A program made the position numbers and the translations under genes. 64,000 bases of DNA. It comes from Thermodesulfobacteriota bacterium (GTDB taxonomy: Bacteria; Desulfobacterota; Desulfobulbia; Desulfobulbales; SURF-16). The stretch's first letter is position 1. Every line of letters starts with the position of its first letter. The stretch lies in assembly GCA_040755455.1 (NCBI GenBank), contig JBFMAY010000015.1, positions 15,890 to 79,889 on the forward strand, written 5' to 3'. The notes under the pieces were generated by a model. It was not told where the DNA came from, searched no databases, and saw nothing but the letters and a program-made list of their open reading frames with translations. Below, piece after piece: positions 58,074 through 64,000 of the stretch.

Positions 58074-58753
58074 GGCGCCTGCTGCAGGGCGGCCTGGCGG
58101 TCATACTCCCTGATGATGTCATTGGTGATGTCAAAGCTTGCGTCATTGTAGAAAACACTGCCGGAATTTTTGTTGAGGACATGGGTGAAGCCCTTGTTCG
58201 TGGCATATTTTTCCACGATGGACTGGATTTCGGCAATGACGTGGCTGATCATTTCTTTCTCCAGCTGGTCAAGCTGCCCGGTCTGGCCGGCCCCGCGCAT
58301 CTCCTCGAATCTCTCCCGTGCCTGCCTGCCGCGCAGGGATTGATTGATGACCTGCTGGATATCAATCACACCGATGATCGGTATGGGCCGGTCGGGCTGT
58401 TGCGCTTGCGGGGTATTTTTCCTGGTGATCTTCTGCTGGTCTGCCGCGATGATTTTTTTTTCATCCGTCTGCGCCAATTGCCCATCCGGCTTCTCCTTGA
58501 TCAGAGAGCTGTGGACCCAGCCGGGTTCGGCGCGGCCGGGCACCTCCACCTTGACCCATTCTTTATGACGGACTAGTATCATCACTTCCGTGCCCCTGCG
58601 CAGCGGGGTGATGATCGGTGCGGTTTCGGTGGGAGCGGTGCGCAGATTGGCGTCTTCAGCGATAACCGCCCCGTCCGACGGGGCCGCCCAGGTAACGGTC
58701 GCTGACAGGAGCAGCAGCGCCAGTGAGAGGAGGAAACGTGTTGGGGTGCTCAT
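58070..58753 (-). CDS. Periplasmic SH3b-OmpH/Skp-like fusion protein
   Basis: Signal peptide. SH3b unit ANLRTAPTETAPIITPLRRGTEVMILVRHKEWVKVEV..GWVH. C-terminal OmpH-like region IGVIDIQQVINQSLRGRQARERFE...VFYNDASFDITNDIIREYD. Confidence 0.7.
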   Translation of the reverse strand: MSTPTRFLLSLALLLLSATVTWAAPSDGAVIAEDANLRTAPTETAPIITPLRRGTEVMILVRHKEWVKVEVPGRAEPGWVHSSLIKEKPDGQLAQTDEKKIIAADQQKITRKNTPQAQQPDRPIPIIGVIDIQQVINQSLRGRQARERFEEMRGAGQTGQLDQLEKEMISHVIAEIQSIVEKYATNKGFTHVLNKNSGSVFYNDASFDITNDIIREYDRQAALQQAP

Positions 58754-58785
58754 TGCTATCTCTGTGAAAGTATGCGGATAAGTCG

Positions 58786-60177
58786 TTACCCTGCGGTCGA
58801 GCCGGGGGTGCGGGGAAAGGCGATGACGTCGCGTATATTGCCCATGCCGGTGACAAACTGGATGATCCGCTCGAAACCGAGTCCGAAACCGGCATGGGGC
58901 ACGGTACCGTATCGCCGCAGATCAAGATACCACTGGTAATTTTCCAGAGGGATCCCGGCCTCCTGCATTCTGCCCAGGAGCTGTTCGAAGCGCTCCTCGC
59001 GCTGGCTGCCGCCGATGATTTCGCCGATGCCCGGGAAGAGGATGTCCATGGCCGCCACCGTTTTGTTGTCGTCGTTGACCCTCATGTAAAAGGGTTTGAT
59101 CGTTTTCGGGTAATCGGTGACAATGACCGGCCGCTGAAACAGCGTTTCAGCCAGATAACGCTCGTGCTCGGATTGCAGATCAATGCCCCAGGCAACCGGG
59201 AAACTGAAGCTCAGGCCCGATTTTTCAAGCTGTTGCACCGCATCGCTGTAGGAAATGCGGACAAATTCATGCTGCAGGACGTTGTCGAGTCTGGACAGGA
59301 GGTCTTTGTCGATAAAACGGGCGAAAAGGTCCATGTCCTCGCCGCAGTTTTCCAGGCAGTTCCTGATGAGAAATTTCAACAGCTCCTCGGCCAGGTCCAT
59401 ATCACTCGTCAGATCGCAGAAGGCCATTTCCGGTTCCAGCATCCAGAATTCGGCCAGATGGCGGCTGGTGTTGGAGTTTTCCGCCCGGAAGGTGGGGCCG
59501 AAGGTGTAGACGTTGCCCAGGGCCAGGGCATAGGCCTCCGCCTCCAACTGGCCGCTGACCGTCAGGCTGGCCGGCCGGCCGAAGAAGTCCCGGCTGAAAT
59601 CCACCGCCCCATCGGCTACGGGCAGCTGCTGCAGGTCAAGGGAGGTGACGGTGAACATCTCGCCCGCCCCCTCACAGTCGCTGGTGGTGATCACCGGCGT
59701 GTGGATCTGGAAAAAACCGCGCTGCTGGAAGAATTGATGGATGGCCCAGGAGAGCCTGCTGCGGATTCTGGCCACCGCCCCCAGGCTGTTGGTGCGGCCG
59801 CGGAGATGGGCCACGGAACGGAGAAACTCGAAAGAGTGGCGTTTTTTCTGCAGGGGATAGCTTTCCGGCGGAGCCCAGCCATAGACGCTGATTTCCCGGG
59901 CGTGCAGTTCCACCTCCTGGCCCTTGGCCGGCGAGGCGACCAGCAGGCCCCGGGCGGCAATGGAGCAGCCGGTGGTGAGCCGGACAACGTCTGCATGGTA
60001 ATTGGCCAGGGATTCATCGGCAACGACCTGCAGGCCGGCCAGGCAGGAGCCGTCGGTCACGTCAAGAAACGACAGGCCCTTGGAGTCGCGTTTTGATTTC
60101 AGCCAGCCCTGAACGAGAATTTCTCGGTTGAGCGGCTTTTCCGTGAGGATCGTCTTGATGCGCAATGTTTTTTCCAT
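58786..60177 (-). CDS. asnS: Asparaginyl-tRNA synthetase
   Basis: 463 aa from [12 protein letters not shown]-fold N-terminus and class IIb motifs ([21 protein letters not shown] and [30 protein letters not shown]). Confidence 0.9.
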   Translation of the reverse strand: MEKTLRIKTILTEKPLNREILVQGWLKSKRDSKGLSFLDVTDGSCLAGLQVVADESLANYHADVVRLTTGCSIAARGLLVASPAKGQEVELHAREISVYGWAPPESYPLQKKRHSFEFLRSVAHLRGRTNSLGAVARIRSRLSWAIHQFFQQRGFFQIHTPVITTSDCEGAGEMFTVTSLDLQQLPVADGAVDFSRDFFGRPASLTVSGQLEAEAYALALGNVYTFGPTFRAENSNTSRHLAEFWMLEPEMAFCDLTSDMDLAEELLKFLIRNCLENCGEDMDLFARFIDKDLLSRLDNVLQHEFVRISYSDAVQQLEKSGLSFSFPVAWGIDLQSEHERYLAETLFQRPVIVTDYPKTIKPFYMRVNDDNKTVAAMDILFPGIGEIIGGSQREERFEQLLGRMQEAGIPLENYQWYLDLRRYGTVPHAGFGLGFERIIQFVTGMGNIRDVIAFPRTPGSTAG

Positions 60178-60299
60178 GTCGGCAAAGGGTAAAAATTCTT
60201 TGATCTGGGTGAAGTTAACGGGTAGTTTGTTTGGACAATGACCGTTTGCGAATGACCTATAGTAAACATTTTTATCGGTTTTTAACAGGAGAATAGAAA

Positions 60300-60857
60300 A
60301 TGGCAATAGCGAAAAGACTCGTACCGGCAAATTCCGGTCTGCTCGTCGTCGATATTCAGGAGAGAATGATGCGGGTGATCCCTGAAAAAGATGAGGTGGT
60401 GAAAAACAGCGTGCTGCTGCTCAAGGCGGCGCAGATTCTCAGGATGCCCATTGTCGCCACCACCCAGTATGCCGCCAGAATCGGTGAGCTGCTCCCGGAA
60501 ATCACGGCGGAAATGGGTGATATCCGGCCGCTGGACAAACTTGAGTTCGGCTGTTTCGACAATAAGGATGCGCTGGCAAAGATCCGCTCCTACCCGGCCG
60601 TTGAGAGCTGGATTGCCTGCGGGGTGGAAACCCATATCTGCATCTACCAGACCGTGCTGGGCGGCCTGCGGGAAGGCTATGCCATGTGGGTCCCGGCTGA
60701 CGCCGTCAATTCCCGGGCGGAAAAAAACTACCAGACCGGCCTGGAAAGAATCCGGCAGATCGGCGGCGTGGTGGGCAATACGGAAATGATCATCTACGAG
60801 CTGCTGCATCAGGCCGGCACCGCGGAGTTTAAGGCCATGCTGCCGTTTATCAAGTGA
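60300..60857 (+). CDS. Isochorismatase-family cysteine hydrolase
   Basis: GLLVVDIQE near the N-terminus and [14 protein letters not shown] (catalytic Cys context). Confidence 0.8.
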   Translation: MAIAKRLVPANSGLLVVDIQERMMRVIPEKDEVVKNSVLLLKAAQILRMPIVATTQYAARIGELLPEITAEMGDIRPLDKLEFGCFDNKDALAKIRSYPAVESWIACGVETHICIYQTVLGGLREGYAMWVPADAVNSRAEKNYQTGLERIRQIGGVVGNTEMIIYELLHQAGTAEFKAMLPFIK

Positions 60858-61012
60858 TACGTAAGTAAATTTTAACTTTTCGAGATCATTATATTGTCAG
60901 AGGCGCGTATTTTTTTTAGCGGAAGGCGAGATTTTATTTGAGAAAAATAAATGAGTTCCGATAGGTATGAATGACCTTTTTTATTTTTTTGCCGAGACCT
61001 TGAAGGAGACAG

Positions 61013-61909
61013 ATGCCAGAGCGCCCAAATCAGCCGCCAGACAATGATACCGGCCGGAAGAAAAAGGCAGAGCCTGCCGCCGCCGGGCAGGAGCAGGGGA
61101 CGGTGCAGCCGCTCAGGATGGTGCGGCCCAAAAGGGCCAGGGGGCGGAGGATTGCCGCCTTCCAGGACGAAGTGCAATGGCAGAGCGGCATGAGGGTTTA
61201 TGATGAATCCTCCTTTGAAAGACTGCGCATGCCCCGTTCGCCCCAGTGGTCGGTGGTATGGTCTGATCTGATGATGACCATGTTCATCCTCTTTGCCGTT
61301 CTTTATATCTATCAGTTAAGCCAGCGGGAGGTGCTTTTCGAAAAAGTTCCTGCCGTTGATAGCGGCACCGGGGGGAGGTTGAACGACAGGGGGCCTGTTG
61401 AGCCTTTCAGCGAGTCCGCTGACAACCGCCTGGCAAGAATCTATGATCTGAGCCGCCAGGCGGTCGATGCCGACAGTATAAGAGACATTGCCCGGGTGGA
61501 TCTTGCGCCGGATAAAACGGTAAGGATCATCCTCACCGGCGACCTGCTCTTTGACAGCGGCAGGGCCGAGCTGAAGGACAGCGCCCGGCAGGCCCTGATG
61601 AGGATCATCCCCCTGGTTGCCCAGACGCCGTATATGATCAACGTTGTCGGCCATACGGATGATCTGCCGATCCGCACCCCGGAGTTTCCCTCCAACTGGG
61701 AGTTGTCCCTTTTCCGGGCAAGCAGGGTCGCCCACTTCCTGATGCAGGAAACCCGTCTTGACGAGAACAGGTTTTATGTGAGCGGCTATGGCTCCACCCT
61801 GCCGGTGGCGGCCAACGATACCCCGGAGCACAGGGCGGCAAACCGCAGGGTGGAGATCATCCTGACCAAAGAAAAACCCTCTGCCGCCACAGCTGAAGGT
61901 GGTCCATGA
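61013..61909 (+). CDS. MotB-like stator protein with OmpA-like peptidoglycan-binding domain
   Basis: GAAGGAG RBS. TM helix with WSDLMMTMFILFAVLYIY. OmpA-like VVGHTDDLP..NWELSLFRA..NRRVEIIL. Confidence 0.8.
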   Translation: MPERPNQPPDNDTGRKKKAEPAAAGQEQGTVQPLRMVRPKRARGRRIAAFQDEVQWQSGMRVYDESSFERLRMPRSPQWSVVWSDLMMTMFILFAVLYIYQLSQREVLFEKVPAVDSGTGGRLNDRGPVEPFSESADNRLARIYDLSRQAVDADSIRDIARVDLAPDKTVRIILTGDLLFDSGRAELKDSARQALMRIIPLVAQTPYMINVVGHTDDLPIRTPEFPSNWELSLFRASRVAHFLMQETRLDENRFYVSGYGSTLPVAANDTPEHRAANRRVEIILTKEKPSAATAEGGP

Positions 61910-62736
61910 AAAATCAGAACATCATCGGCCTCATCTGCTGCACCATCCTCTTTCTGGCGGGATTTATTTTTCCCGGCAATATGGCCCTTTATTTCAATCT
62001 GTCCGGTGCACTGGTGGTCTTTGGCGGCACCTTGGGCGCCACCCTGATAACCTACCGGCTGGAACGGCTGAAGATCGTCTACAAGGTGCTGCTTTCCTCC
62101 TACCGGACGAAAACAAAGACCCCGGAGGATATTGTCGAGATTCTGGTGGATCTGTCGGTGAAATCAAAGTTCAAGGGGATTCTCTCCCTGCAGGAGGATG
62201 AGGAGGAGACCAGCATTCTCTTTCTGCGCCGGGCCCTGGGGCTGCTGGTTGACGGCTATCGGGGCAAGGTGATCCGCGATATCCTCAACACCGAGATGTA
62301 TTTTTTCAAACTGCGCCGGGAGGACTGCGAACGGGTGATCCGCACCATGGGAGAACTGTTTCCGTCTTTCGGGCTGGTGGGCAGCGTGGTGGGGTTGATC
62401 GGCATGCTGGCCGGGGTGGGGGACAGCAAGGTTATTCTCGCCACCGTGCCTATCGCGCTGACTTCCACCCTCTACGGGGTGGTGCTGGCCAACTTCTTCT
62501 GCGTGCCCTTTGCCGGCAATCTTCGGGAAAGAACCGACCACGAGCTGCTGCTGCAGAAGATCATCATGGAGGGGGTCATCGCCATTGAAAGCGAAATGGA
62601 CCCCCGCAGTCTTGAACGCAAACTGCATTCATTTATCACCCCGTCCTCCCGTAACGTGCAGCTTGTTTCTTTAAAGAGGATCCAGGAGCGTTTCCACATC
62701 ATCGGCGACAGGGAAGAGAAAAGCAATTTTTTGTGA
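61906..62736 (+). CDS. MotA/PomA-like proton-channel stator protein (MotA/TolQ/ExbB family)
   Basis: Four TM helices. Conserved C-terminal channel region FGLVGSVVGLIGML..ALTSTLYGVVLANFFCVPFAGNL. ATGA overlap with the motB-like gene. Confidence 0.8.
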   Translation: MKNQNIIGLICCTILFLAGFIFPGNMALYFNLSGALVVFGGTLGATLITYRLERLKIVYKVLLSSYRTKTKTPEDIVEILVDLSVKSKFKGILSLQEDEEETSILFLRRALGLLVDGYRGKVIRDILNTEMYFFKLRREDCERVIRTMGELFPSFGLVGSVVGLIGMLAGVGDSKVILATVPIALTSTLYGVVLANFFCVPFAGNLRERTDHELLLQKIIMEGVIAIESEMDPRSLERKLHSFITPSSRNVQLVSLKRIQERFHIIGDREEKSNFL

Positions 62737-62956
62737 TGGCTGGGCCCCGCGTTTTTTTCCGTTTTCCTTTTTTCCCCTCTTTCTTAAATAATGTTGTCAA
62801 AACATAATGTTAGGCGTGAAGGGCGCTTGCCGTTCCCCGGCAAATCCTGGCCGCTGGATTTTTTTGCCAAGAAACCTGCAGGTAATTGCTTGATTTTTTA
62901 AATGAAATTTTCGTAACATTATTGTGATTGCCTCATGAAAGCTGCAACAGTGGAGG

Positions 62957-63334
62957 ATGACGGTGAAAGAGGAAGGGACAGTCGCGGAACGGCGCAGATA
63001 CGACAGGCTGGAGAAGGAGTTTGCTTTCCGGTATACGGTTTTTGACGATCTGGCCCATGCCTCCCTTGAGGAAAAGGGGCTGATCCTTGATATCGGCGGC
63101 GGCGGTCTTCGTTTTCTCTCCTCGCGGCGCTGGGTGAAAAATGACCAGCTGCTGATGCAGCTCGATTTCGCCGGATGGCGGATCGATGATGCCGGCTGTA
63201 TCACCATCCAGGGCAGCAACGAGTGCACCAGCATGCTGGTCATCGGCTCCGTGATGTGGTCCGCGGAAACGGCTCAGGAGGATCAGTATGAGGTAGGGAT
63301 CAGGTTCACTGCGCGAATGCATACGGATAAATAA
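62957..63334 (+). CDS. PilZ-domain (c-di-GMP-binding) protein
   Basis: RRxxxR-type motif ERRRYDR followed by LILDIGGGGLRF. Confidence 0.75.
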   Translation: MTVKEEGTVAERRRYDRLEKEFAFRYTVFDDLAHASLEEKGLILDIGGGGLRFLSSRRWVKNDQLLMQLDFAGWRIDDAGCITIQGSNECTSMLVIGSVMWSAETAQEDQYEVGIRFTARMHTDK

Positions 63335-63359
63335 GGATGTTGACAACAGAGACAGGGCT

Positions 63360-64000
63360 ATGAGCAATAAACCGGAGATTTACCTAGAAATCGGCGCCAG
63401 TTTTTTCAGAATTCCCACCCCTGAGGCAAATTATAACATCACCATACTTGGCAGCCAGGAGACCTCTGTCACCAGGGTGGTGGAAAAGATAGTTGAAAAG
63501 GAGAAGCAAGCGGCGCCCGCCTATGACGCAAGCGCCATGGCGGCAGTTTCCGCCGGCCTTTCCGCCGCGGAGACGGATGACTTTTACCGGGAGGTTTCCA
63601 GCGAAATCTACCGGGACATCGGCCAGCTGGCCAAAAATCTCAGCGTCACCATCATGGATATCCCGGCCGAGGACCGCCAGAAAAAGCGGGTAGCGCTTGA
63701 TGAGGCCGGCGATAAGATTGAAGATGCCAAGAACCAGTTGAAAGATATAGTTGAGATGACCGAGAGGGCGGCCATGCAGATCATGGACAAAGTGGAGGAT
63801 GTCCAGGGGGAAACCGATAATGTCAAGAATCTGCTCTCGGCCCTGAAGAATCACCCAGCCTTTTCCATAACCGAACCTGTCGCCGCCATTGATGATCCGG
63901 AGGACGGATGCCCGATTGCCGAGGAAACAAAGGCCCTGCAGCAGCAGATCAACCAGGCCCTTGACCTGCTCACCGCCGTGCAGGAGCAGGGCGGGGCTGC
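63360..64000 (+). CDS. CheZ-like protein, 5' partial (runs off the window; absent from the ORF track because there is no stop)
   Basis: My own translation from the ATG at 63360 is open to base 64000. IEDAKNQLKDIVEMTERAAMQIMDKVE resembles the E. coli CheZ block [27 protein letters not shown]. Confidence 0.6.
   Translation, partial: MSNKPEIYLEIGASFFRIPTPEANYNITILGSQETSVTRVVEKIVEKEKQAAPAYDASAMAAVSAGLSAAETDDFYREVSSEIYRDIGQLAKNLSVTIMDIPAEDRQKKRVALDEAGDKIEDAKNQLKDIVEMTERAAMQIMDKVEDVQGETDNVKNLLSALKNHPAFSITEPVAAIDDPEDGCPIAEETKALQQQINQALDLLTAVQEQGGA

Noticed and set aside
1-64000. Search for tRNA, rRNA, CRISPR arrays, transposases, integrases, phage genes and inverted-repeat-bounded elements
   Set aside because: By eye I found no cloverleaf-like or rRNA-like sequence, no regularly spaced short repeats and no recombinase-like ORF. 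This negative result should be confirmed with tRNAscan-SE, Infernal, a CRISPR finder and ISEScan.

Overview
GC-rich (about 60% by eye), densely coding chromosomal segment. Its gene content (multihaem cytochromes, PEP-CTERM proteins, hemerythrin, sigma-54-type promoters, many sensor kinases) fits a Desulfobulbales-like deltaproteobacterium, but that taxon guess is inference only. I support about 48 protein-coding genes. I found no rRNA, tRNA, CRISPR array, transposase, integrase or phage genes.

Gene order:
- 3'-truncated secreted multihaem cytochrome with an in-frame TGA
- PpiC-type PPIase
- NarL-type two-component pair
- tamB plus an Omp85 protein
- secreted adenosine deaminase
- lipoprotein
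- AAA+/DUF4143 ATPase
- decahaem cytochrome with MopE-like repeats
- 1.1 kb AT-rich gene-free island
- MFS and ArsB/NhaD permeases
- pldA
- MscK-like channel
- a duplicated leader+SH3b gene unit flanking a sigma-54-driven PEP-CTERM gene
- CNNM/CorC
- a solute-binding-protein pseudogene
- TolC-MFP-RND efflux operon plus a trihaem cytochrome
- hemerythrin-kinase operon, divergent from a TonB-dependent receptor operon that encodes two divergent citrate-synthase-fold proteins and a ThDP enzyme
- two orphan solute-binding proteins
- housekeeping genes (suhB-like, dedA-like, dus, asnS)
- an MCP module
- a motB-motA-PilZ-CheZ-like cluster running off the 3' edge

Most worth following up:
1. The receptor/citrate-synthase-like pair/ThDP enzyme operon with its flanking sensory genes.
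2. The TGA-interrupted cytochrome with a SECIS-like hairpin.
3. The duplicated leader+SH3b unit with conserved GCAATAT repeats.
4. The decahaem cytochrome with metal-binding repeats next to the AT-rich island.

All functional calls come from motif recognition by eye. No database search was run.
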